A DNA stretch of 64,000 nt from Octopus sinensis (lineage: Eukaryota): assembly GCF_006345805.1 (NCBI RefSeq), contig NC_043025.1:14260001-14324000 (forward strand). Reading direction: 5' to 3'. Positions 36,401 to 48,131 of this stretch are shown one piece after another (the stretch's first letter is position 1; each line of letters starts with the position of its first letter). The notes under the pieces are model-generated. The model had not been told where the DNA came from. It ran no database searches and saw only the letters and a program-made list of their open reading frames with translations. The position numbers and the translations under genes are program-made.

Positions 36401-37005
36401 AACTTAAAGGAAGGCTGGAGGGTATATCAGCCGAAACGTTGTGTTAACAACAAACAAGATGAGGACAAATATCCGTCAAATGTAAATAACGTAGATAATT
36501 CCTCATCTCTTAAATATACCCACAGGCATATGGCGTAGTGGTTAAGAGCATGGGCTACTAACCCCAAGATTCTGAGTTCGATTCCAGGCAGTGACCTGAA
36601 TAATAATAATAATAATAACATTGAAAAATACCTTAGGAATGAGAACCCAGGTTTGAAATTTCCCCAAGACACCTGATGAAGGCTGGAGGGTATATCAGGC
36701 GAAACGTATTAACAACAAACAAGATGAGGACAAATATCCATCAAAGGTAAATAACGTCCATAATTCCTCATCTCTGAAATATAGAGCTGTATTATCTAAT
36801 TGGTACGCAGCCGACATTAGACTTCAATGGAGACATAGAGAGAAACTCCATCAAAACCTAACTCATCTTTCAAACCATCCAACTTTCCTGGGTAGAGGTA
36901 GAGACTCACCCCAAAACAACTGAGGGTAGATCAGCGGAAATGATGTGTTAACAACAAACAAGATGAGGACAAATATCCATCAAATAACGTACATAATTCC
37001 CCATC
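36401..37005 (+). mobile_element. tRNA-headed element carrying a hammerhead motif, arranged tail-head-tail-tail; inverted tail copy at 36003-36064
   Basis: A-box TGGCGTAGTGG at 36531, B-box GAGTTCGATTCC at 36574; shared block gaaacg..ttaacaacaaacaagatgaggacaaatatc at ~36433, 36701, 36937 and (minus) ~36064. Confidence 0.82.
36668..36712 (+). ncRNA. Type-I minimal hammerhead motif (consensus of copies: GACAC-CUGAUGA-A-GGCUG..CAGCC-GAAAC-GUU|GUGUU)
   Basis: This copy has an intact CTGATGA core but has lost stem I'; the copy at 36413-36445 has intact stem II, GAAACGTT and GTGTT but a damaged core. Confidence 0.72.
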
Positions 37006-37165
37006 TTCCCTATCAACATCCCAGCATGGCTGCAATCCAGTTGCCGGAACAAGTGATCTAAATTAAAAGCCTGGCATAAAAAATTCCATTTTGATTTATG
37101 TTCCAAAACCCAGATTAATTGGTAGAGTTATTTTACTAAATTCTTCAATATTTTTAGAATTATAA

Positions 37166-37515
37166 GACACTTGCCCAAGGTGGTAGGCAGTGGGACTGAA
37201 CCCGGAACCATGCGGTTGGTAAGCAAGCTGCTTACCACACAGCCACTCCTCCGCCTATATATATGTGTATATATATACATATATGTTTCTTTACTACCCA
37301 CAAGGGGCTAAACATAGAGGGGACAAACAAAGACAGACAAAGGGATTAAGTCGATTACATTGACTCCAGTGCGAAACTGGTACTTGTTGGATTGACCCCG
37401 AAAGGATGAAAGGCAAAGTCGACCTCGGCGGAATTTGAACTCATAACGTAACAGCAGACGAAATACGGCTACGCATTTCGCCCGGCGTGCTAATGATTCT
37501 ACCAGCTCGCCGCGC
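37166..37515 (-). mobile_element. Family A head fragment (37166-37256) and full family B (37288-37515)
   Basis: Reverse-complement match. Confidence 0.83.
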
Positions 37516-37850
37516 TTATATATACACACAAGTATGCGTGCACACACATATACACTTATATGCACACACACAGTTGTCTATTTATGTATAAAGCCATGTA
37601 TCAATGCATCTAATTACAATGCCAGAAGGAAGAGAGAAGATCTGATGCATCTGGCAGGGCTGTTCAGCGAAACATCAGGCCTTTCCGTTTCCTCCCAGAA
37701 GAACTTTTGCACCTCATCCTGACCTTTCTGGGACGCTTGATAACTGTCGGCACAAAACCATTATTGGTTTCCTCTTTGGAATCTCCTGTTTCTCTCTAAT
37801 ATGCTACAGTCATCAAGCTACACACACACAAATATATATATATGTATATA

Positions 37851-38236
37851 GGTGTAGGAGTGGCTGTGTGGTAAGCAGCTTGCTAACCAACCACATGGTT
37901 CCGGGTTCAGTCCCACTGCGTGGCATCTTGGGCAAGTGTCTTCTGCTATAGCCCCGGGCCGACCAATGCCTTGTGAGTGGATTTGATAGACGGAAACTGA
38001 AAGAAGCCCGTCATATATATGTGTGTGTGTGTGTGTGTGTGTTTGTCCCCCCAACATCACTTGACAACCGATGCTGGTGTGTTTACGTCCCCATCACTTA
38101 GCGGTTCGGCAAAAGAGACCGATAGAATAAGTACTGGGCTTACAAAGAATAAGTCCCAGGGTCGATTTGCTCGACTTAAGGCGGTACTCCAGCATGGCCG
38201 CAGTCAAATGACTGAAACAAGTAAAAGAGTAAAAGA

Positions 38237-38238
<2 letters not shown>
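37851..38238 (+). mobile_element. SINE family A, full length
   Basis: Match to consensus. Confidence 0.88.
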
Positions 38239-38275
<37 letters not shown>

Positions 38276-38633
38276 GGACTCTCCCATCATTAAATGACAC
38301 ATGAGGATTCAGCAATTTCTTGCCAAACAACCACACAAATCATTTGCTTATAGCGATCAAATGTACGTGTAGACGTAATCTCACTCCCTCCATCTGATCG
38401 ACATTACCTGTACAGGTGCAACAGGGTGCCACATGTCAGTGCTTTGCTCAAGAACACAATGCAATGCTTGGTCTGGGAATCGAAACCACGATCTCATAAT
38501 ATATGTAGAAACACTGCCAGATCAGACTGGGCCTGGCGCAGCCTTCTGGTTCCCAGACCCCAGTTGAACCATCCAACCCATGCTAGCATGGAAAACGGAC
38601 GTTAAATGACGATGATGATGATATATATATATA

Positions 38634-39119
38634 CCATAAATCCTCGAGTATAATCTGCATTTTTTCCCCCCAAATTTAAAGGTCAAAATCCCCAGTGCGT
38701 ATTATACACGAGGTTAAAAATGAAAAATATTTTCTAAGCAATGTCCGAGTCTCTATTTGTTTATTCAGACACATTTTGTGATGTCGGGTGTGAAAATACC
38801 TTAAGCTAAGCCTGAAAGCAATGAAGTCATAAAAGAATCATCCATAACTTGCAGTAAGCAACATTTATTAAAATAAAAGTATTCAGAACACAGAATAACA
38901 TGTAACAAAAACAATTTGCAAAAATATTTACATTCCCATATAACAGTTAAGAACATCACCATTATTGTATGCGAGGAAGCATTTCTTCGACCAGGTGCTG
39001 CTGGCTTAATTATGCACAGCTGAAGTTAGAGAAGGGGTGCGTATTATACACAAGGTTTAGGTTTTACAGAGGTACAGCCCCCTAAAAATCCCCTGCGTAT
39101 TATACTCAAAGATTTATGG
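38634..39119. mobile_element. pogo/Tc2-like MITE (Tc1/mariner superfamily)
   Basis: TA|CCATAAATCCTCGAGTATAAT...ATTATACTCAAAGATTTATGG|CA; internal TGCGTATTATAC subterminal repeats; copy at 47636. Confidence 0.82.
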
Positions 39120-39131
39120 CATATATATATA

Positions 39132-39536
39132 TATGGAGAACTTGTGAATGGGAGGAGACTCCGGCAGAAACCAAGGCTGCGATTTAAGGACTGTGTCAAG
39201 TCCTCGTTAAAGGCTTTTGATATGCAGGACACTGACTGGGAGAACAATGCCTGTCATTGCCACAGATGGAGGAAGCAGGTTAAGGAGGGGATCGACACTT
39301 TTGAGAGAGCACGTATCCAGCATGAAGAACTTAAGCGAGCTGCGCGAAAGCGCACAGCTCGTATAGTGAATGGGGAAAGCTTGGTCTGCAATGTTTGCAG
39401 TCGTGTATGCTTGTCAAGAGCAGGGCTCATTAGCCACCAACGGAGCCGCAAATGCAAAATATAAGTTAGTCCTAGAGCGCACAATGTTCCAGAAGGTCGG
39501 CAATGGTCTTCCTCGGTCACGAGAGGATGGCCATCA
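39132..39536 (+). mobile_element. 5'-truncated RTE-clade LINE: ORF C-terminus with zinc-finger-like motif plus 3' UTR
   Basis: YGELVNGRR..QKPRLRFKDCVKSSLK..WEN..WRKQVKEG..FE..R..KRAARK..CNVCSRVCLSRAGLISHQR*, a typical RTE C-terminus; (TA)n on both sides. Confidence 0.82.
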
Positions 39537-40384
39537 TATATATATATATATATTATATGGGCTTCTTTTTGAGTCGAGTGTGTGTCAAGGGTTACAATGT
39601 ATTACAGAGTTAACAAGAAGGTGAGCAGGGAATGAGTCCAGACTAATACATGATTATACAATTGACAAGGCGAGTTGAGTTGGTGTACGTTTGAGATGAG
39701 GAACTATGGAAGAGAGGGATGGTCTACATCAAGTGATGCCAGCAAGGCAGATTATATATATATATGTGTGTGTATGTGTGTGTGTGTGTGTGCACATACA
39801 CAGAGATCATATTGAGATTAAATAAAGATAAAAATGAGATTATGTTTAAAGATATATCAAAGTTAGGTTATATTTAGATGGAACTCAGAATGTTTGGGAG
39901 TTAATAAGAATGCATTAGGCACATGCACATCGAATTGTGTGTGTGTGCGTGTGAATACGTATATCTGTGTGAATGCGTATGTATGTGTAGATATGTGTGT
40001 GTGCATGTGACCATGTGTGCGTGTCAGTGAATACATGTCAGCGTTATGTAAGAATATATCTGTCGTATGGGGGAGGCGCAGGAGGGTAAATGTGTACGCA
40101 TGTGGATATGTACTGATTGATATGGGGGTGAATGTGTGACTGAGCAGTCTAGCAAAAGGAGACTGACAAAGACCGGAATGAAAATAAGTACTGGGGAAGA
40201 GGGGTCGATTTGGTCAACTGATCCTTCAAGATGGTGCCCCAGCATGGCCACAGTCCAATGACTGAAGTCAGTGAAAAAAAAAAGTACAAGCATGTATCTT
40301 CACACCACTGATGTTATCCAAGGGAGAGGTAAAGGGGCCGATACAGTTTGGCCCCAGCGATTGTGTTTGTGTGCAAGTGCGAGC

Positions 40385-40870
40385 ATGAGGGAGTGAGGGA
40401 GTGAGTGAAGGAGTGAGTGAGAGAGTGAGTGAAGGAGTGAGTGAGGGAGTGAGTGAAGGAATGAGTGAGTGAGTGAAGGAGTGAGTGAGAGAGTGAGTAA
40501 AGGAATGAGTGAAGGAGTGAGTGAGGGAGTGAAAAAGTGAGTGAAGGAGTGAGTGAGTGAGTGAGTGAAGGAGTGAGTGAGAGAGTGAGTGAGTGAAGGA
40601 GTGAGTGAGGGAGTGAGTGAGGGAGTGAGTGAGGGAGTGAGTGAAGGAGTGAGTGAGAGTGAGTGAGTGAGGGAGTGAGTGAAGGAGTGAGTGAGAGAGT
40701 GAGTGAGAGAGTGAGTGAGGGAGTGAGTGAAGGAGTGAGTGAGTGAGTGAAGGAGTGAGTGAAGGAGTGAGTGAGTGAGTGAAGGAGTGAGTGAGTGAGT
40801 GAAGGAGTAAGTGAGTGAGTGAGTGAAGGAGTGAGTGAGTGAGTAAAGGAACGAGTGAGTGAGTGAGTGT
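40385..40870. repeat. (GAGT)n-derived purine-rich minisatellite (GAAGGAGTGAGT units)
   Basis: Direct inspection. Confidence 0.9.
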
Positions 40871-41422
40871 GCGCGAGAGTGTGTGTGTGTGCGAAGAAGA
40901 GGGGGGTATGACTTTTTCCTAATTTATTATCAAATGACTCACCAAAACCACCTGCCCTCCCTCCCTCCCACCCACCCATCCGCTAACAACTGACACATTA
41001 AAGGTGAACAGAAGGACAACAAAACGGGGGGGAGGGGGAGAAATTATTATTATTATTATTGCTGTTGTTGCTACTACTGCTGTTGTTTAACCAGAGGTGA
41101 AGCTTATCTAGGATCAAAGCCATTCCACAAGTGACCTACCTAACAATCTACCCTCAATGCAGTCACAGTCTACCTGCAGCCCACCTGGAATTTTCTAGCA
41201 GAGCGCCACACCTAACGACCAGCTGGGTTTCCTGTGGCCCACCTCTCAGAAAAGGTTGTCCATGCCAGCTTTGGACTGTGGTTGTAGTTTAGCCCCAGGT
41301 CAGTGGGCGTTGATCAATGGTGACCGTGGCAGAATTTGATCTCAGAATGTATAGGTGGATCAAAGGTCACTGCTTTGTTCGCAAGTGACCAATTCTGCCA
41401 GCTCACTATCTTGGTAGTAGTA

Positions 41423-41454
<32 letters not shown>

Positions 41455-41890
41455 TCTTTCTACTATAGGCACAAGGCCTGAAATTTTGGTGAAGGGGACC
41501 AATCGATTACATCGATCCCAGTGCATAACTGGTACTTAATTTACTGACCCTGAAAGGATGAACGGCAAAGTCGACCTCAGTGGAATTTGAACTCAGAACG
41601 TAAAGACAGATGAAATGCAGCCAAGCATTTTGCCTGGCATGCTAACCATTCTGCCAGCCCACCGCCTTAATAAAAACTTTTTCTACTGTAGGCACAAAGC
41701 CTAAAATTTTGGGAAATTAAGTCGATTACATTGACCACAGTACGTGACTGGTACTTATTTAATTGACCCTGAAAGGATGCAAAGCAAAGTCAACCTCAGC
41801 AGAATTCCAACTCAGAATGTAAAAACAGACGAAATACCATTAAGCATTTACCTGGCATGCTAACCATCCTACCAGCTCACCACCTTAAAT
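41455..41890 (-). mobile_element. Two tandem family B copies; another degenerate minus-strand copy at 42845-43030
   Basis: tgaccctgaaaggatg..aaagtc(g/a)acctcag..aactcagaa..taaa(g/a)acaga twice. Confidence 0.8.
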
Positions 41891-42458
41891 AATAATAATA
41901 ATAATAATAATCCCTTCTATTATAAGTCTGGCATGGCAACAATTCTACCCAGGCATGTTGCATGACTTTTAAAGGCCCCTTGTACCTTTTTTACTTTGAG
42001 GCCCCATCCCACCAATCAGAATTCATTATCTATGCACCTTTTATTCATAGCTATATTTTACTTTATTCTGTCTGAGGTTCAATATTTTGTTATCCTAAAG
42101 AACATTTTTAAAAGTACAACAATTTGAATTTATTTAGGTCTGTTACAAATTTCAATAAACAAAACTTCCAGATACGCTTGAAAGAGCATTTTTATAATCC
42201 AGGTAACTTTCAAAGACAAACACAGCACACTTTCTGCTTGGTGAAATCATTGATCAGTTCAGAATAATTAAGCTGAAAGCTCGTATTCAATAGATACCAG
42301 AGACAATCCACAAAGTTTGGTACACGTTCATGGTACAATGTAATATTTTGACAAGAACTATTGCAGGTAGAATGTATCACCATTTCATTTCTTGAAATTT
42401 TCAATTAACACACATAGTTTAATTCTTGTTCAACATCTTAACTACAATAAATAGATGA

Positions 42459-42738
42459 CTCATCTACGAAGCAATTGCCCCAGCTCCCCTTCAGGGTTGG
42501 CGAAAGCGATGTGGTGGACAACGAAAAACCTGGCTGATGACAGTCAAGGCTGATCTGGAACCCAACCTAGGCCCCCATATCTATGGCATTCGCCGCTTGA
42601 ATAAGGAGTGGCTGGAGATCACGCGGTCATTAGCCTCAAATCGCCAGGCTTGGTCGGCGTTTGTGAGAGATGCAGCATTGAGGATGAATGAAGCCAGCTC
42701 AACCCACTCCGGGTGAATGCTGTCTCAAGACAAAACAA
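42459..42738 (+). mobile_element. 5'-truncated RTE-clade LINE C-terminus (not in the ORF track)
   Basis: Open frame 42459-42716: IYEAIAPAPLQGWRKRCGGQRKTWLMTVKADLEPNLGPHIYGIRRLNKEWLEITRSLASNRQAWSAFVRDAALRMNEASSTHSG*, then a short caagacaaaac tail. Confidence 0.78.
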
Positions 42739-43040
42739 CATGGGGCCCCTCAATCACGGAGGATCCCTGTGACCACAGGGGTTGCAGGGGCTTAGTGATG
42801 GCCCTGATTCTGGCAGCTTGCTGCCTTAATCAGAACTCTTTAAAAATTTGGTACCAGGCCAGGATTTTGATGGAAGGGGTTAAGTGAAATACAGCAATCT
42901 CAGGACTCATCTGGTATTTTATTTTACCAATCCCGGAGAGATGAAAGACAAAGTTGACCTCAGTGAAACCTGAACTAGGAACGTAAAGAGGGCCAAAATG
43001 CCATTAACGGTTCTGCCATCTCACCAACCGTATTCTTTAA

Positions 43041-43413
43041 CTCTTTTACTTGTTTCAGTCATTTGACTGCGGCCATGCTGGAGCTCCACCTTTATTCGAA
43101 CAAATCAACCTCAGAACTTATCCGTTGTAAGCCTAGTACTTATTCTTTCGGGATTTGGTAGACAGAAACTGAAAAGAAGCCTGTCTATATATGTATATAT
43201 ATATGTATGTGTGTGTGTGTGTTTGCCCCACCAACATCGCTTGACAACCGATGATAGTGTGTTTACGTCCCTATAACTTAGCGGTTCGGCAAAAGAGGCT
43301 GATAGAATAAGTACTGGGCTTCCAAAGAATAAGTCCTAAGGTCGATTTGCTCAACTAAAGGTAGTGCTCCAACATGGCCACAGTCAAATGACTGAAACAA
43401 GTAAGAGTAAAGA
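43041..43413. mobile_element. Inverted family A tail (minus, 43041-43150) fused to a 5'-truncated plus-strand family A (43150-43413)
   Basis: Junction ..cttattctttcgg|gatttggtagacag. Confidence 0.8.
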
Positions 43414-43429
43414 GTATGTATATTTATGT

Positions 43430-43539
43430 GTGCGCATGTGTGTGTGTGTGCATATATATATATATATATATACACACACATACATAATAAACTTGTCACA
43501 CACACATATAGACATATATATACATATGTATCATACACG

Positions 43540-43578
<39 letters not shown>

Positions 43579-43583
43579 GTGTG

Positions 43584-43618
<35 letters not shown>

Positions 43619-43870
43619 CATGTGTATATATATACATGTGTGTATATATATACATGTGTGTATATATATACATGTGTGTATATATATACATGTGTGTATA
43701 TATACACATGTGTGTATATATATATACATGTGTGTATATATACATGTGTGTATATATATATACATGTGTGTATATATACATGTGTGTATATATATATACA
43801 TGTGTGTATATATACATGTGTGTATATATATACACATACCTAATAGTCCTATATATATATATATATATAT
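43430..43870. repeat. Alternating purine-pyrimidine minisatellite (TATATATACATGTGTG, about 12 units)
   Basis: Direct inspection. Confidence 0.9.
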
Positions 43871-44377
43871 ACACCTCGCTGGTTCTTCTTCCTGCATATA
43901 CACAAAGAGGAAGTTACAAAGATGACAGTTATGTAAAAATTCTTTGAAAGGAAAACAAAAACAGAAAAAAACAAAAAAATTCAAATTTGGAGCAAGATGT
44001 CTCCAAACAGCTGACAGCTGACCCAGTTCACAGACACACAAAGGACTGACCCGAATGACAACCGCTACCCACCCCCACCCCCCGGCACACACACAGGTTG
44101 ACCTACACCACACCTTCAACTGCGCAAATATGTGAAAAGGTAAATAAATCTCCAACGATGTTGAGGTGAAAATTGCAAATTAGGTTCAGGTGTGTTTGAG
44201 TGGATGTGGCTGTGTGGTGAAGGAGGTTGGTTTCAAACGTGTGGGGATTTGGGGTTCAGTCCCACTGCGTGGCACTTTGGGTTGGTGTCTTCTGTTATTG
44301 CTCCGGCCTGGCCAATGACTTGCAAGTGGATTTGGTAGATGGAAACTGTACAGAAACCTCTGTGTGTGTGTGTATGC

Positions 44378-44577
44378 CAGTCGTTTTCAACCAGGGTTCC
44401 GCCAGTACAGTCCAGGAGTTCCGCAAGAAGTTACAAAACTGCTAAAATCGACAGTAATTTTTAAGTCTCCTGTGCAGATATGTGTGCAAAAACTATCAAA
44501 TTATTGCACAGGGGTTCCTCGAGCCAGCGGAATGTTTCCTTGGGGTTCCGCTCCAGCAAAAAGGTTGAAAAGCACAG
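44378..44577. mobile_element. hAT-like MITE, 200 bp
   Basis: TIRs CAGTCGTTTTCAACC / GGTTGAAAAGCACAG; the 8-bp flanks both centre on TA but are not identical. Confidence 0.62.
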
Positions 44578-44820
44578 CTATATATACAACATGTATACAT
44601 ACATATCTACACACACAGAGAGGTGTGTCGATGTTTCACAACTGAACCCTTCTAGGTGGTGCCCCAGCTTGGTTGCAATCCAATGGCCGAAACAAACTAA
44701 AATTGGAATCCGGTCCATTTAAAAAACATTAAGAACCCTGCCAACTAGTTCTCAGCCGTTTACCTTTCAGGCTTTTTTTTATTTATATACACTCTCAATC
44801 AATTACAACCTGCTTATATA

Positions 44821-44857
44821 TCTCTATATATAAAATCTATATATATAAAGCTGAAGT

Positions 44858-44889
<32 letters not shown>

Positions 44890-45220
44890 GCAAGTTTGGT
44901 AGCCTTCAGCGCAAGTTGACCAAAATTGAGAGTATGATAGAAGGCTTGCTCTTCCTTCCATAGAAGAAAAAATTCAAATTGGACCATGTTAACACCAAAA
45001 ATTATTTACATAAAAAAAGGTGCTTTTTTTTCCTATGAAAATCCCTATTTTTTACAATTTTTTTGACTGCTGTGTCCCATTTTTCGGTGTATTTCAACCA
45101 GAAAAATGTTCACTTAGAGAATAACAAGCTACAGAATGCAAATTTTTTACTTTTCAAAAATTCCAATTCTAAAGGGTCGAAAAGAAAACAAACCCGAGCA
45201 ATGCCGGGCTATACTGCTAG
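44821..45220 (+). mobile_element. Non-autonomous Helitron, subfamily 1, with duplicated 5' terminus
   Basis: A|TCTCTATATATAAAA-TCTATATATATAAAGCTGAAG...CCCGAGCAATGCCGGG-CTATACTGCTAG. Confidence 0.82.
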
Positions 45221-45574
45221 CATATATATATATATATATATATTTCATAAACTACAGAATATAAATATCCACTCTGCCACACCTGAAACATACCTGTTAT
45301 AACTCTTTATCTCACCTTGAATGTACAAAGTGAAGGTATTTAGAAATGCCCAAAATTATTTCTGCAAATGTGCCAAGAACTGATGCTGATCATAGTTTAA
45401 TCAACAAGTATAGGAGCGAGGTAAATGCAGTAAAAATAGAGGCGGGGTCAGTAGGGCCCTATTTAAGCAGTCCTTCAGAAACTGAACCTCCTTACGATAT
45501 TCCCTGGGAGTTCATGGTATGAAATTCATGGTCTTTGCCCCAATTTGGTTGCCAATGCTGTGTATTTAGTTTAA

Positions 45575-45795
45575 CCCTTTAGCATTTAAACCGGCCATAT
45601 CCGGCCAAAAGTATTCTGCCTGTTCTATGTTCAAACTGGCCAGATCTGGTCTCTCACACCAACCCTACAATATCGTTTTAAAAATGAACAGCTACCTCAT
45701 CAAAATCTCATAGCTACAAGATAATGAATGATTAGTTCAAAACAATTTGGATGAAAAAGCATTAATTTTGGCAGAATAATGTGAACACTGAAGGG
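45575..45795. mobile_element. piggyBac-like MITE, 221 bp
   Basis: TTAA|CCCTTTAG...CTGAAGGG|TTAA. Confidence 0.72.
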
Positions 45796-46213
45796 TTAAA
45801 ATGCAGTAAAAATGGGAGGCAGTCAGTTGGACCCCAATCAGGTGGCCCTTAAAAAAATAGAACCCCATCCTTAGGACATTCCCTGGGATTAGAGAAGTTG
45901 ATGGTTTGAGATTTGTTGTCCTTGCACCAACGGTCAAGGAGGAGTTAACGAACATAAAAACTTAATGGACAGAAAAACATCACTCATATTCATAATGTGT
46001 CTGTGTGTGATTGTTAGATATCTTTGCGTTGAGCAGTGACAAGTCTCTGCCTTGTATACAAATACTTTCTTCTATCAATTCATTGTCAACAGTTGAAATA
46101 GGTACACACCTATAGACACAAATCCATTTAGTATTTATTGATGTACAAAAGACAGGAAAAACGCCCTCAATCAGTCAATACTGTGAGCATACATGTATGT
46201 GTGTGTACGCATA

Positions 46214-46560
46214 CATACATATATATATAGATCTCTTTTACTTGTTTCAGTCATTTGACTGTGGCCATGCTGGAGCACCGCCTTTAGTCGAGCAAATCGA
46301 CCCCGGGACTTATTCTTTGTAAGCCCAGTACTTATTCTATCGGTCTCTTTTGCCGAACCGCTAAGTGACAGGGACGTAAACACACCAGCATCGGTTGTCA
46401 AGCAATGCTAGGGGGACAAACACAGACACACAAACATATACACACACACTTACATATATATATATACATATATACGACAGGCTTCTTTCAGTTTCCGTCT
46501 ACCAAATCCACTCACAAGGCATTGGTCGGCCCGGGGCTATAGCAGAAGACACTTGCCCAA
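46214..46560 (-). mobile_element. Family A, truncated at its CORE block by a LINE fragment
   Basis: Ends ..agaagacacttgcccaa|tatctttaaaataaagctgg. Confidence 0.85.
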
Positions 46561-46780
46561 TATCTTTAAAATAAAGCTGGACCTCTTCCTGTCAGGTGTC
46601 CCAGATGAACCAACTTCACGGCAGGAGGTGCAGATGAGGGCAGCTGCATCGAACTCTCTCATGCACCAAATGGCAATTGCTAAAAAGCATTCGTGAAGTA
46701 AAATCATGTAGCAACACCAAATGGTGGTGCCCCAGCATGGCCACAGCTCGTGAGCTGAAACTAGATAAAATAAAATATAT
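46561..46780 (+). mobile_element. 3' end of the CR1/L2-group LINE, followed by a family A head (46793-46930)
   Basis: FKIKLDLFLSGVPDEPTSRQEVQMRAAASNSLMHQ; near-identical to 3432-3640 reversed. Confidence 0.82.
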
Positions 46781-47635
46781 ATATGTACGTATATAGGCAC
46801 AGGCATAGCCGTATGGTAATAAGCTTGCTTCCCAACCACATGGTTCCGGGTTCAGTCCCGCTGTGTGGCACCTTGGGTAAGTGTCTTCTGCAACAGCCTG
46901 AAGCCAATCAAAGCCTTGTGAGTGGATTTCTTAAGCATAAATCTTATACAATCTCTGGATCTTTACTTTTTGACCGACAGATTTAAAAATTAATTTTTTG
47001 TAACTAAACTCTGAGTAAAATGATTGTCATTAATTAATTAATCTGGTGTTTGGAACACACAAAAGTAATTTATTTCAACAGAAATATGGTAACAAAAGGG
47101 TTAAGGTCTGTATGTAATATAGGGACCATATCAGGTGTGTGTCGACAACATGGGTAGCAGATGGCTTCCCTAGGTACTGTTCATGCAGCCTTACAACAGA
47201 TGTGAGTGAGTGTCGTTTGACCATGTTGCTTGATAGCTTCTTTAATCGTTTCCACATCAACCCACCTGAGACCACCCTCTCTGGGTCTATGATACAAGCT
47301 TCCTGTTTTACAACGATCTAAATTAAGACCTCTCACTAAAATTTCCTCTTAACTTACGTTTCAAACACCATTTAAGACCAATTAAAACAAGGGCAGCATA
47401 TGTCAAGAGAAACATCACTTAGCAGAAGGGCACCTTGGTCTGTAATGGAGACCCATTCAGTCAAGGAGGCATCTTAGAGGCAATCCAGTGCTGGTGCCTT
47501 GTGAAAAGTACCCAGTACACTGTGTAAGAGTGGTTGACATCAGGAAGGGCCTCCAGCTATAGAAACCATACTGGAGCACACATGACGCAGAACTCTCACC
47601 TGTCAAAACCTAACTATCCAATCCATTCCAGCATA

Positions 47636-48131
47636 CTGTAAACCCTCGAGTATAATCCGCATTTTCCCCCCCAAAATTTAACGGTCAAAGTCCCTAATGC
47701 GTACTATACACAAGATAAAAAATGAAAAATATTTTCTAAGCAATGTCCGAGTCTCTATTTGCTGTCCGGCAATGTTTATTCAGACACATTTTGTGATGTC
47801 AGGCGCGAATTCCCTTAAGCTAAGCCTGAAAGCAATGAAGTCATAAAAGAATCATCCATAACTTGCAATAAGCAACATTTATTAAAAGTTATTACTGTTA
47901 TTTCTTGATTTTCTGCAAACAAAATGCACAAAAAAAGCTACACGTTTGCGTTATGTTATATATACAATAATAATAAAGGACGTTACCATATACATTTTTA
48001 GAAACCAAGGACGTTATATAGACCTCCTTTACTCAAGTTAGAGAAGGGGTGCATATTATACACGAGGTTTAGGTTTTTCAGAAGTACAGCCCCGTAAAAA
48101 TCCCCTGCATATTATACTCGAGGATTTACAG
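47636..48131. mobile_element. pogo/Tc2-like MITE with TA duplication, in the tail region of a degenerate family D copy
   Basis: TA|CTGTAAACCCTCGAGTATAAT...ATTATACTCGAGGATTTACAG|TA. Confidence 0.85.

Noticed and set aside
36524-36600. tRNA gene call for this and the other tRNA-like heads (9609, 11740-11812, 17462)
   Set aside because: The 3' acceptor stem is missing and each continues into repeat body; these are SINE heads, not tRNA genes
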